This document shows, piece after piece, positions 25,914 through 38,636 of a stretch of 64,000 bases of DNA. Each line of letters begins with the position of its first letter. Positions within the stretch are counted from its first letter, which is position 1. Position numbers and translations under genes: made by a program. This stretch comes from Amoeboaphelidium protococcarum X5 (Eukaryota; Fungi; Aphelidiomycota), in NCBI GenBank assembly GCA_023515725.1, contig JALDTO010000275.1, positions 1-64,000 of the forward strand, given 5' to 3'. The notes under the pieces are model-generated. The model was not told the origin of the DNA, did no database searches, and was given only the letters and a program-made list of their open reading frames with translations.

Positions 25914-27275
25914 ATGAGTCTAAAAAACTTGGTGAATAATGTAGTTAAAACAGTCTAAAGTGGGGATAGAATCTACATGCATTCAGTAGCCTCATTCCCG
26001 TAAATGCTCATGAATGCATTGGCGGATCGTGCCCGCTAAGAGCCAGATTTGACCAATCTAAAATTTATTCATCTGCACATTGAGGGACAGTTGCCATTTG
26101 AAGAAGATGAGCAGCTGCGAAAGTAGGGCGAGAGTGTACATCTATTCGTTGGACATGGCTCACGTAAGTATGTTAATTAAGGCGTCGGTTCGTACCTTCC
26201 CTGCTTCCTCTCTGATATTCCGATGCTGTTTCAGACTCGCACCGTACCGATCGACTGGGCATTCCTCAATGTGTCTCCACCTGACAGGCATGGCTATTGC
26301 TCTCTTGGTCCAGAGGTTTGTGCCGCGCTCAGTGCCGCTCAAGTTGCGCGTAAAGGAGTTATAGCTCTGATAAATCCCGCGGTTCCTCGCTGCTTGGGTA
26401 ATTCGTTCATTCACATGTCCTAGATTACGCATCCGGTAGATTTGCAGCAGGAATCACTGCCTCTTGCGTGTGTTGAGCATCATGAGCAAAAATCTTCTGA
26501 TTATGTGCATTAGACTGGAGAAAGTAGTAAGGATGTACAGTCCGTGTAGTAGAGAATTGGATCTATACTCAGTACTCTGATACCGGACCGGGCTTGTTTG
26601 CAGGTAGGAATTGGATCTGTCCCCGATGCTGTGCTATAAGCTTTGGGTGGACATTAGGATTTGGGTCTTCACTCTGAGATGATTAGTGACGGCGTTATGC
26701 AGTTGATGCAAAAAGGTGTTATAACTAATAGGTTCAAATCTATCCAGCCGGGAAAGTCGGTAACTTCATTCATGCTAGGCAGTTAATCACTATATGATTT
26801 TGCGCATGATAATCCAGCCATACACATGGACAGCGCCGCAATGACTAATAATCCTAGAATTATTGCATAGAACGATCGTGTCGTGGCGATTAACAGTGCT
26901 ATCGAAGTTGACATTACAGGCCAGGTGTGCGCCGACAGTATTGGCAAGAAGTTCATTAGTGGCGTAGGTGGTCAGTTGGATTTTGAACGCGGTGCAGCAC
27001 TATCTAACGGAGGAATGCCTGTGATATGTCTGCCATCTCTGAAAATCACCAAACAAGGCCCCGCATCATCCATAGTGTCCACCCTTCCCGGTGGGAGCGG
27101 AGTCACAACTACGCGGTACCACTCTCACTGGATAGTGACTGAGAATGGTGCCGTGAACCTGTGGGGACTTACGATGCCAGAACGTGCACGTAAACTTATC
27201 TTTATCGCACATCAATCAGCTCAAGAGGAGCTGGCTGCTGCTGCATATGAACGGTACAAATTACTTATTAACTGA
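25914..27275 (+). CDS. Acetyl-CoA hydrolase/transferase family protein (4-hydroxybutyrate CoA-transferase-like)
   Basis: VSPPDRHGYCSLG, LQVGIGSVPDAV, DLGLHSEMISDG, AINSAIEVDITGQVCADSIG, SGVGGQLDF, VTENG. Confidence 0.95.
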
Positions 27276-27713
27276 CATTGATAATTGCGTTTCTTCAATG
27301 TTAAAATTTTACATGGACTGGTTGAATACCTGCCAAAAACACGCCTGTGATGTTACAAATCAAATTCCACCACGTTTAGAGTCATGACGGAAGCTAAACA
27401 TTTCTAACCTTACAATACTTGATAAATCAGAAAACAGTAGTGTCAATTTCAATGTGTTAAATGGAGTAATAGAAAATTTAGGAAATTGAATTATCTGCGC
27501 AAGATTAAAACCATCTGGTAAATTCTGATAGCACTATTGACTCTGTCGAGATGCCTCAATCTAACAATCAAAATGAGGTACACTTGAAATCGCAGTAGGC
27601 AACAACCTTTGCGCGCTGGAGTCTGAGTATTTTCAGTTTAGAATATAATACTGAATTACTAAGTATATTTCTTAGCCAGCCAATTAAGTAAAAAATTCAA
27701 TTAGTATGCAAAA

Positions 27714-29006
27714 TCACTCTGCAGAGATATCAACATCACTGCGGACTGTATAGTAGTCATTCAGATATTAAGTGAGCATTTAGCGGATGCCGTCATTTGA
27801 AGTCGCCTCAATGGCTTCCCAAACAATGGCGGGCGGGAATCGGATCAACGAGATCAAATTCTGAACATTTGCTTACACTCCATAATAAGATTACCTTAGC
27901 AAAGCAGTATTACATTCAATACTTTCTTTAGCTCCGTGTTACTTCAGAAATTCAAAGATGGCACTATTACCTCTTTTAGCTGCTTCTATCAAAGCACTGT
28001 CCATAGCCTACTGCGACAAACTATCCCGATAAGACTAGATCAAGTAACGAACCACTGGAAATTATTCACTGGAACCAGACGCATTAATCAAACAGGCGTC
28101 ACCATGTTGATATAAGTCCAGGCCATACTAAACGAGTATTCGAAATGTCTAATAATTCGCTTACTGGGCGATCAATGGAGGTGAACATCTGTTAACATTC
28201 GCTCCATAACTTAGCAATATTCGGATTATTGGTAGATTACTAGTGTAACTAGCTCTACGTAATGCGAACCCATTACCGGTTTCTATTGATGCACCTTGAA
28301 GCAGATACTTTTCCATATCCTTAATATTGAAGGAAATCACACTTTCTTCAAATTACCTATTCAGTTCACTCAATACATTAGCCGCATTTAAAGCACCGCT
28401 GGCATCACAGCGCGTTTAAATATCAGAAAACTCCTCTGCAAACTCCTCCTTTATTCTAATATCCAGTGACAAGATCCATTCTACAGCTTCACTATTGCAA
28501 ACCATTTACTTGCGCTTCAAAGGAAATCTAAGTACCTTATAGTCAGCGCCCGGTAGTTGAATGATGGTACGTATTATCATCGCGTTAACATCTTTGCCAT
28601 TGATGTCAGGCAGACCAGGACGCGTTTAAATTTACCCAAAACCAAACGCTCTATCAACAGCCAGCATTAGTTTGTAATTCAACAAATTACTTTCATAAGT
28701 CTTGCCTACTAAGGATACGATAAACGGACTCTACGCGCTTGCAATTGCATACTCCAGCGAATAAAAACCATATCTTTGCAAATTAGGCAAATCATTCACA
28801 AGCTCACCAGCACGGACATCAGATACTTTACGTAAGAGGTGACTACTCAATCTGGTATTGCGCAGAGTATCAGCATCTAGCCAATTGCCAATGATTTCGA
28901 AAGCATCATCAGGTAAGGATCTCGCAGCCTTAGCAGTATTGGACGTGCAAGCAATCAGAGGCAATACAACTAAAAAGCAACAGTAGCAGCTGAATATAAT
29001 CCTCAT
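27714..29006 (-). CDS. Signal peptide + F-box + ankyrin-repeat protein, copy A (430 aa)
   Basis: MRIIFSCYCCFLVVLPLIAC (signal-like); SLPDDAFEIIGNWLDADTLRNTRLSSHLLRKV (F-box); ankyrin-like GFALRRAS...IIRILLSYGANVN and ALIEAAKRGNSAIFEFLKQHGA. Confidence 0.82.
28512..28868. repeat. 357-bp gap-free inverted duplication of 49863-50219 (within the F-box/ankyrin paralogues)
   Basis: Manual alignment gave about 28 mismatches in 357 nt (about 92% identity). Confidence 0.92.
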
Positions 29007-29327
29007 TAAAGAATAAGAATCGCAGATAATGAGACCAAAATACGTCAAATAAGAGTAAAATATAATTTGATAAAGCTGCAGGAGAAAGCGACTGAGGTAT
29101 TTAAAAACTCTCACGTTTGACTCCTGAGTGATCACAACCCCTTTCGTAAATTACTTCATGTTCTATGTACAGTATAAAAAAAATAAGATCGTGAAAATTG
29201 TTCGCAACTATAGAGGGCGGGGCTCGATTTACGTTTTCATTGTCGGCTCTTGGTTGTACTCGTAATACATTTTATTCTGCTTTAACATCAACATTGCGTC
29301 TACTTCCTATCTGTAATATTAAATTTT

Positions 29328-30881
29328 ATGGCACTGCATATCCCCTTCTTTGGCCGACTGTCAGTGTCTGATTACTAGCGACTGTTCTTCACCTGGACCT
29401 TCTTGGTGGTGAATAGTATCATCGAATTAATTCTGTCTGTAATTCCTGTTTAGCTTGGGAGTAATCTACTATCAAAGTGGTATTAGCGATTGTATAAGCA
29501 CCTGTTTGGCGAAGTCAAAGACAAGGATTTTGACTCCTTTAAGGCTGCAAAGTAATAACATCCTATTGCCCTTGCTTAAAGTGTCCCAGAGTTGTGTAAT
29601 TACTTTGGATATCGCTGCGACGAATTTACCACTCGTACCAGCGATGGATTTTATCTTGTGGCGCATCGTATATTCAAGGGAGACAGACGATCTATTAGTG
29701 GTAGTCCGGTGCTATTGCAACATGGTTTCATGATGAACTCTGAAGTCTGGGTATGTCATCCTGAGCACAATCTGGCACTTGCACTTGTCGAGGCTGGTTA
29801 TGATGTCTGGCTGGGAAATGTGCGCGGTAACAAATATTCATGTAAGCATTTCCGCCTGAATACCACAGATATCAAGTATTGGGATTTCTCATTGGATGAA
29901 CATGCGTTGATTGATCTACCTGCCACAGTTGATCTGGTGCTCTCTGTTACTGGCAGATCTAGTCTGTCTTACATTGGATTCTCTCAAGGTACCACTATAT
30001 GTTTTGCTGCTCTGAGTTCACTACCGTAGTTTAGAAGTAAAATCAATTTATTCATCGCCTTGGCACCTTCGATGACTCCGCATGGATTGACAAATAAGTT
30101 TGTATAATCTGCTGCGAGATCTTCTCCAGAGTTGATCTACCTGCTGTTTGGAAGGCGTTCTCTACTTTCGTCTGCTCTTATGTACTCTTAATTATGTCCA
30201 CCTGCGATGCTTAGATTCCTGGTAGATACTGCTTGCAACATTTTGTTTGCGTGGAACTTTATCTCGATGAGTAATGCCACCAAGGAGGTTGTTTATACAA
30301 AGATTTATAGCCTATGCAGTGTCAAGTTGATGGTGCATTGGTTCTAATTGATTGGTAATAGCAAATTTTAGATGTATGATGATCTTGGGGCTTCCAACAT
30401 GTACAAGTAGAACACTGATAGTGGTAAAGATGGAAAGACTGGTAATTCTGCTAATGGATACAATTTGAATGGTGTCTCCGTTCCTCAATATCCCACAAAG
30501 TAGATCCAAGACGTTCCAATTGCTGTATTTTATGGTGGCATTGACTCTCTATTAAATATGCGCGGTCTATTGGAAGGTTTAAATGCTGGCAATATTCATG
30601 CTCCTGTGTACAGAGATAACACTGCCAAAAATGTTACAGTGAATGGAAATGCTTTGAATACCGTGGATGAACAGAGTCACGTTATATTTGACTCTTCAAC
30701 TGGCAAGAAATTGCTGGACAAAGATTCTCCACTTGTCTATTTGAAGTGTATCCACCACTATGAACATTTATGCTTCCTCTGGGCTGATGATCTCGCTTAG
30801 AACGTGTCTCCAGATGTAATGAAGCTCCTAAAGAAGTACAACTAAACGTCTGATAATGTTGAAACATTGCCAGGTAATTGA
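29328..30881 (+). CDS. AB-hydrolase lipase / steryl ester hydrolase (Tgl1/LIPA-like)
   Basis: TSDGFYLVAHRI, PVLLQHG, GYDVWLGNVRGNKYS, nucleophile GFSQG, YEHLCFLW; N-terminal IPFFGRL plus TM segment as in Tgl1. Confidence 0.93.
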
Positions 30882-31319
30882 AATTATTATTCGATCGATG
30901 AAAATTTTGCCTCTCCGTACTGATTGTCTATACCTTTATTCGCTTAACTTTGTGTATATTTGAGTAGAACAATACCTTTCTTATTCGATTTAAGGACAGC
31001 TCGCCAAGTGTAGATGATGATCATTTTTAAGAACGAGTTTCCTGAACCACATTCCAACCTTTGCTTCAATTCACTCTTACACTCCGAAATGAGGCGTAAA
31101 TGGGAACCATAGCAACTCAGTTTCGAGAAATAGCATTTAATGGTGGTGCAATCATGAGGATGCTTAAAAATATCTCGGCCAAATGGCTCCATTTGGGCCC
31201 CATTTGCACTCCTCAACTTTACTCCTTGAAACAACAACTCTAACTATAATACCGCGTATATATCGCTACTAATCCAGAGTAAACTAATAATAACTTTGAA
31301 AGCTAAACCAATTACCAGT

Positions 31320-32147
31320 ATGATTGCATTACGTATCAAGTCTGCCATTAAGCGCGTAACCAAGTTTGCCAAGCGCGTGTTTGGCTCGAAGAAGGCTCAA
31401 GTTGCTAAGCAAGAGCAGCCGTCTTTTGAAGATATCATGTCTGTTGTTCTGAACCGTCCGTCTCTTTCTCCATCTTATGCTGCCAAGTCTCCAGTGATGA
31501 TGGTGAAGCAAGATTCTTTGTTGAAGTCTGAAGTTCAAGGTCCAAGAAGAATGCCTGTATTTAAGAGTGCCTCTGTTTCAAGCCCTGCTGTGTCCTACCC
31601 TTCTGACAATCTGGTGAGTCCGACTGTTGCTCTAATTGCAGAGTATCCTACTCCGTCTGCTTCAGTTATCTCTGCAGATGAAGTGTCTGATGTGATGTAG
31701 GTCTCTGGCTCTGCTAATCAGTTTGAGTCCACTCAGTCTCGCCGCTCCAGTCTTGAGCATGAAGTCAAGGAGGCTGATGCGAAGAAGGCTAAAAATAGCC
31801 CAACTGAAGCACCTGCTGTAGTTGATGTGACTGAGCAGCGTAAGAAGGAGATAGATGAAGCCATCAAAGAGGTGGCTGCTGTTGGAGCTAGTCAAGATAT
31901 CTAGCAGGAAATTGAACTTGCTTTCCAAAGATTGAAGAAGACAATAGAAGAGGTTGAGAAGAATTAGGCCTTAAGAGTGGCAAAGCGCGTCAAGAGGGGC
32001 CAGCACATTAACTTTATCGATGGTATTGAGAAAGCTAAAGTTATGTCTATTGAAGAGTATAATGCTACTCGTCGTATTTAGTAGTAGAAGTAGTGCGCAT
32101 TATGTAATTGTAAGTAGTAGTTGAATTAAGTATTGACTAGTAATTGA
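31320..32147 (+). CDS. Hypothetical low-complexity/coiled-coil protein (275 aa)
   Basis: Continuous table-6 ORF MIALRIKSAIKRVTKFAKRVFG... ending in TGA. Basic amphipathic N-terminus; no family recognised. Confidence 0.65.
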
Positions 32148-32490
32148 GCATGGAGATTATGGCTTTTATGATAGCCTATCCAGTTGCACTTGTACAAATT
32201 GTTGAAATTGAAGATAATGATGAGATTTAAAGTTTGAATAGATGATATGAGTTAAGCTTTTAGTTTTAATTTTAACTCTTTTAGCATTTAACATTGACAA
32301 AGCGTTTGAGGTGATGAACAGTTTGGAATATTCAATGGAGAAATTTAAAAAAGCTTGAACTAATAATATTATAATCTATTAGTAGTTTCATTTATATAGT
32401 AATAATGCAGAATAAAAAATCGACAGACGACTTAAAGTTGTCCAACGCAAAAACTTCTGCACATACTACTGATAAAACAACAGGATGATC

Positions 32491-33504
32491 TCAAATACTA
32501 CCAGCAAGCTTTGACAGCACCGCCTTTAATCTGTCTCTACGGAACTGCAATTGTTATCTCTCAGCTTAAATGTTGAAGTCCTCCATCAAGTACTCATCCA
32601 CTTGACTTTGTGAGAATTCTGCCACTGCCTTGATCAAAACCTTCTACAAGCGCTTTGGAAAGCTTTAAACCAAGTGATAATCTAGGGCCAAACAGATGTT
32701 ATCGACGTATCGTTTGTAGGCAGTACGCCAATAAGAACCGACAATAGCCATCACTTCTATTGCTTCAAGATCATCTTTAGATTCTTCGACCGGTGTAGTC
32801 TTTTCAGTATAAGTTCTATACGCACTGTCATAAATTTTTTCAACTTTGTCGGGAAACAGCTTCTCTTTCAACACCTTGACTTCCTCCGTTCTTAATTTGG
32901 TGATATAATGATCATTCAGCGTTATAAAGCAATTCAACTCCGCTTCAAACATCTGACAGCAAGCCAACTCACACTCTTTACCCACCCTGTCCAGGAAACT
33001 AACACTCAAATCCATAATAGCTTGGCCAAATTCTTCAAATCTACCAGCTATTTCCGTTACAGTGTCCTGAAGCTTATCCTTGATAAACACGAGCAATTAC
33101 TCTTAGCATTCTTCAACGGGAGAGTGCCAATCCTCGATACAAGAAGTCAGAAGCTTTCTAATAACACTTTCAGGTAGCAGTCCAGGCAAGACACGACCTT
33201 TAGAACTGGCAATCTGCTGCTTCACCGACTCTAATGTCAAGCAAGATCCAGGTAAAGATGCTTTGCCATTTTTGTCAACAAATTCATCATCTTCAGAAAT
33301 TGCACACCCAGACTTGAAGAATTCGTTTTTCAACCAAAGTTTCGTATTGCGAATCTCCGTACGAAGTACCTTGAACATCTCTAACTCCTCATTCCAGAAC
33401 TGCTCACCTTCCACACCAGAACATATCTACTTCATTTCCTGGCAAACAGAGCCCGCTAAAGCAATCAACTCAGCAACGGAATTCTCCAGCTACTGGGAAG
33501 TGGG
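32491..33504 (-). pseudogene. Mx/dynamin-like stalk + GED fragment lacking the GTPase domain (first in-frame ATG at 33435)
   Basis: SKGRVLPG...IEDWHSPVEEC (cf. Mx SRGRELPG) and GED MAIVGSYWRTAYKRYVDNICLALDYHLV...LMED...ERQQL. In-frame TGA at 33505-33507 and no GTPase motifs upstream. Confidence 0.75.
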
Positions 33505-34243
33505 TCACCCGCCTATTGCAGAGCTTAACAGTTCGGCATGCGCCACATAAACATTGAGCCCTCCCGAAGTTAATCAGTCGGATGTTGATGCAGCATGCGC
33601 TCAAACAGTAAGATGCAGCCTTGGCCCGTAGACAGCCAACCCGTAGGATGTCAAGGCAATAGGCCGAACACGATAAACACAAACTACATATACACACAAA
33701 TAACTCTGCGTAGAAAATCTGCTTTAAACTTACCGCTGCATGCTTATTAATCTATCTATAAACCAAATCTTTAGAATAGCCATTCAAAGCAGTTAACCAG
33801 AAGACCATTGTATATAATCCGATAAATAATGAGATTCTACTTGTACAGATACGAGATCAAAAGCAGAGAAGAAAGCGGCTGGCGATATCAAACTTTTATT
33901 GAGACTGATACATCACACTGAACACTCATCACAACCAGTTGTTACACACGCGAATCACAAAGTGACGTGGTCAACAGGCACAAATCATAGCAGACACACA
34001 CATAATACAAACACTTTTAATGGACGTATTCATAAAAAACTTTATTCGTTAAGAATAATATAAGTCCTTTATAGTCTATTAGCACACTAATGATTATAAG
34101 GCGTGGACGGGTCAAAATTCAGTTAATCTCAAGTGACAAAGAGATCGCGTTATTTGCTAAAGCTATCTCAACTTGAACGCGACGTCTATCTCTTTTGCTT
34201 TTACATCACCCAACACACGAGCAATTGTAATCGATTATCAAAA

Positions 34244-34522
34244 ATGAATATGTTTGGCGCGGCTTAGAATTAATAAATGCAGTAGATACGTATGGCGCAG
34301 GCTGAAATGGAATTAGAAATGATGACTGATACATTTAATCATATTCTGTGGACGTGTCATAAAAAGTGCATCCCACCCAAGTATCATGAAGGCGATCTGA
34401 ACAAGGGCGAGGCTGTATGCATTGATCGCTGCGTGGTTAAATACATGACTTCCTTTTAGAAAATTGGTAAACTTATGAACGACATGGGCTAATAACGGAT
34501 GCAATAAGAATAATAATAGTGA
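34244..34522 (+). CDS. TIM10: Mitochondrial small Tim chaperone Tim10
   Basis: AEMELEMMTDTFNHILWTCHKKCIPPKYHEGDLNKGEAVCIDRCVVKY (twin CX3C). Confidence 0.96.
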
Positions 34523-34761
34523 TGGTCTATAAATATATTGATCGTTCCTGTGATATTTGGCTTAATTTATATCTTGAGAGCCATTGTCTTACGGTATTTA
34601 GCGTGTGTCACTATTGTTTCTCTCTCATTTGATCGCGACGCGCTGCTTGAAAACTTCTCAACCGGAAAATTCTTTTTCTTGCCGTGATAACTAACACTCA
34701 GCAGTGATTTTAATATATTCTACAGTATACTGAACGCTTTACTTTATCTACAATTTTAGAA

Positions 34762-36408
34762 ATGGAAACATTAGTGGTATTGTTGAGAACTATTTCAAGA
34801 ATGTTCTATGCACCAAAGCAGGTGATAGCGTTGGATCTTCTGTCTTAGAATCTGGCTAACAGCGAACATCCGGAGGGAGTGGGTAGCAATGGTGTTGTGC
34901 CTGAAGAGGAATTGGCTTTCATAATGCGGATGCCCGTGAGCCAACTACGGCGACTGCTGGCCAAGTGTAGGAGCGAAGGATTGATCAAGGTGGAGTAGAG
35001 GAGCTATGCAAGATAGAGCTAGTATGAGCCGAAATTCCAAGGTTAAAAGTAGAAATTCTCTCATCGCTCTTACTATTACGTGGACTATTAGGCACTGTAT
35101 GCCCTGGTGAAGTACAAAGTTTGGAAAATTACATCTCATCTCAGGTAGAATCCAACGATTGCGCTGAATAATAAATAATCACAAGGAGGTAAATCTTAGC
35201 CAGCCAATTCTACACTGATCAGTTCTCGCGGTGGATCATCAGAGAAGGATGTCATGTATGAGTGTCCGAAATGCAAAATGTAATTCAGTATGGTGGAAGC
35301 GACTAAATATATACAACCACCCAATTATCTCTTTATATGTCCTTATCATCGTGAGGATGAACAGAATGAGCTACAGCTGATCCAGGCGCGCGTTGATGCA
35401 GCACTATCAGAATCTGGATACTTGAAGCAATGGTCCGAGCTGATGAACAGTATGGGTATTGTAAATATGCTCAAATCTTTGGAGGGATATGTTATACCTC
35501 GACCGAACTTGGATAAAGAGATTGCGCGTATTATCAAGAAGCGTGAGTTGGCGGAAGCTTAGATGTTGAAGTAGAAGGGTATCTCTGGTGCATAATTTTA
35601 GGCTGGTGATGGGCGCAGAGGTAGCAAAGGAGGAGTTGTTGTGTTGGATTCTGATGCGTCAGGTGACAAGTAGATGTAAGGTGGTGATGATGGTGGTGTT
35701 CAAGTTGAAATTTAGAATGGAGACGAGTTGATGATTGGCGATAATTAATAGCTGACAGCAAAGGAACTGGCTGATAAAGAAAAGGTTAGAATGCAGAATA
35801 TCATGCCGTTCTGGCACTAAAAATCAACTGTATCTGGTGCTGATGAGTTGCGTAATGCATAGAATGATAAATAGAAGAAATAGTTATAGTAGTAGTAGTA
35901 GTAATTCTAAAGCAAAGATGGAGTCAGATCGGCAATGGACGAGTATGGTACCACTGTGGGGACACAGGTTGGTGCTCCTGCTAGCACATTCTTTGGTGAA
36001 GGTGATTATGTCACTGGAATGGGTGAGCAAAGTCAGGAGTAGGATATAATGAATTTCTATGAACAGTATTATGCATCTCAGTTGAGATCTTCCTCAGATC
36101 ATGGCAGTGAAGATGAGCATGAAGCAGATGTGTCGGCCACAATGAAGAATGGTGTTACCTGTGGTACAGCAGTCAATGTAGAAGAGTTTAATGATGATAA
36201 TGAAGAAGATGACGATGAAGAGTTTGAAGAAGTTGATGTGGATGCTCAACTGCTAGCTCTTAATAATGAACCGATGCTGCCTACTAAAAGGGCTCTTGAA
36301 TCTGATTAGGATGATTTTAATGAAAGTTAAACTGATGGATTTTTAGCTAAGAAGTCGAAGCAAGTGCAGGACTCTGAATTTGAAGACGAAAGCTTTGAAG
36401 CTGTATGA
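34762..36408 (+). CDS. TFA1: Transcription initiation factor TFIIE alpha subunit
   Basis: LLRTISRMFY, YYYVDY...VKYKVWKI, zinc ribbon YECPKC...FICPYH, MPFWHQKSTVSG, acidic tail EEFEEV. Confidence 0.88.
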
Positions 36409-36595
36409 TCAGTTATGCATAAGCTCAATCACAAAAGTGAAAGTTGCGTAATCTACTGCATATTTGAAGTATCTGCAAAATTCATTCTATTCTTACTTCT
36501 TATCATCATTTATTACTGCAAATTTAACTTAATGTCATCCTAGTTCACCTTTTTGTAATCATCCCTAATCATTGTCATTATCATAGAGTTCTGTA

Positions 36596-38167
36596 TCATA
36601 TGCCTTGCTTGGTCAAAAATTTGACAAATCTCTTGGCATAGGCAGATGGACTGGCACACGATATTCCACTACCTTTAATCGTTCCATAAATCACTCGCTC
36701 ACCTCTCTTCTTCACATTGTAACTTGAGAATATATCAATAATCTTGCCATTAAAGTAGCCAGACATTTCACTGTATCCGCACAGGAAGGAGTAATCAGTG
36801 AGATTGTGCTCCTGCAAGAATTCGACGTCTTTCATCAATTGCAGACGCCACTCAACTTTATTATTATTCTGCAATGGTAGCGTTAACTGGAGTCCCATGC
36901 TGAGGAAGTCTTGGTCTTTATATACAGTCTCATCGGGCTTCTTGAATCTACCCACAGAGCTACCTTTGAGATCGAAAACCATATCGTAGCTTTGTTCACT
37001 AGGAGAGCCAAGAGCGTTCTTCATTACGATATAATGGCGAGGGAAAATCTCATCCTGGTGAGCAATCTTGATCAGTGCCACGTACTCAACCAGTAAAGAA
37101 CCAAGATTGTTGTCCACATATTGTAGATAATCAGGCAAAACTTACTTGATGGTCTTCAGTTCTAATGCAGTTACAGACTTGGCGATAAACTTCTTATCAG
37201 ATGTCCACAGTAGATGACAACCAGATTTTCCGGCGCTAGTCACTTTCAAAGGGCCTTGGAAGGATTCATACAGATCTTGAAGGTAGACGCGTTCTGTCCA
37301 GATGTGATAGGCGAATAAACTGGCATAGTACACTTTGATATCAGTTGTGCCAGTTTAGGTATTCATTTGGTATTCTAGCTAGTCGCGGTCATTCACCATA
37401 GGCAGAGATTTCAAATTGTCAAGTTCATAAATTGCTTTTCTCAGAGCAGGGATCACATGAGGTGGTAAACTGGCGGTGTTGTCTGCTATGGACTCGGATT
37501 GCACCATTGGGAGCATTGTTTATTCAAGCGGTGCAGTCTAAGTTCCCATATCACACTTGATCACTTAAGGAGTATATACAGGAGGTAAACTCTATGCACT
37601 ATTGACCAAATGTCCATTTGCAGTACTCTCTATTACCGTCACGTCCTGAGAAGATGTGGCAAGGCTATTTTTAAGATCCATACCGCTCATCTTAAAAATA
37701 GCCTTACTGATTGAGGAGCCACGCGATATCAAAGACACAAACTTGGATGTGGAAGAAGACACTGATGGACGGTGAGATTTGCTCACTTCTTGCGAAGGCT
37801 GTAGGAAGCTTTATCTTGTAACAACTATAGTGGCATCAGATGATTGAGAGGCAGTCCTTGTTCTCGACATTGCATCACCAGCAGTAACAGCGGGTGTTGG
37901 GCCTTCCCACAGTGTCATCACATTTGACTTGGTGATCTACTGACTACCCGCGGTGTATGCTTGAGTATTAGACACATTCATTGCAGTAGGATCACTGGTA
38001 TAGCAGCAAGGGTAATCTTCTTTCAGCTAATTTTGTTTGGATGTTGACGCAATCGCTCCTTCTTTCTTCACGCGCGCGCGACCAAGTGAAACAATAACTT
38101 TCTTCTTGAATTTCTGAAACATGCTCTTTAAAGTTGACGCCTGTTGAGGTGCAACTTCAGTGGTCAT
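36596..38167 (-). CDS. Phosphatidylinositol-phosphate kinase (PIP5K family)
   Basis: SAGKSG...TSDKKFIAKSV, IVMKN, FDLKGSS, KDQDF, DYSFL, IIDI, YAKRFVKFL. Confidence 0.9.
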
Positions 38168-38636
38168 ATAACAAACTTGAATTTAATTTTTATTGTTGAT
38201 TTACTTCTTTTTAAATGTCTATCTATACTTGTATAGAGACTATATGTTTTATCGCTTTCGAGATTTTGTTGTGTTGTTGATGGAAGAGATGAGTACTTTT
38301 GTCTGGGTTATTTTTAAGATTGATAAAGTGTTGAATTATCATAATCTATCATTGGCCCATAATTTAACGTAAGCCACACTTTTAAATTCATAAGTTATGA
38401 GAGGTGATAATTACGAAAGGGCAATACAAATTGGTGTTCTGGTTGGACCTACATCTTTTACGTACGTACAGTACTAGTTTGCATGCATCATCCTTAATGT
38501 CGCGAACTTTGTAAATCGTTATAACGACAACTGCATGGCTGCACTATGCAAGATCAATGACTGCAAACCATCATTTAATTATAAGCCATTTCAAAACGCG
38601 ATAAAATTAAAACGATCAAGTATGAACCATTTTTAT

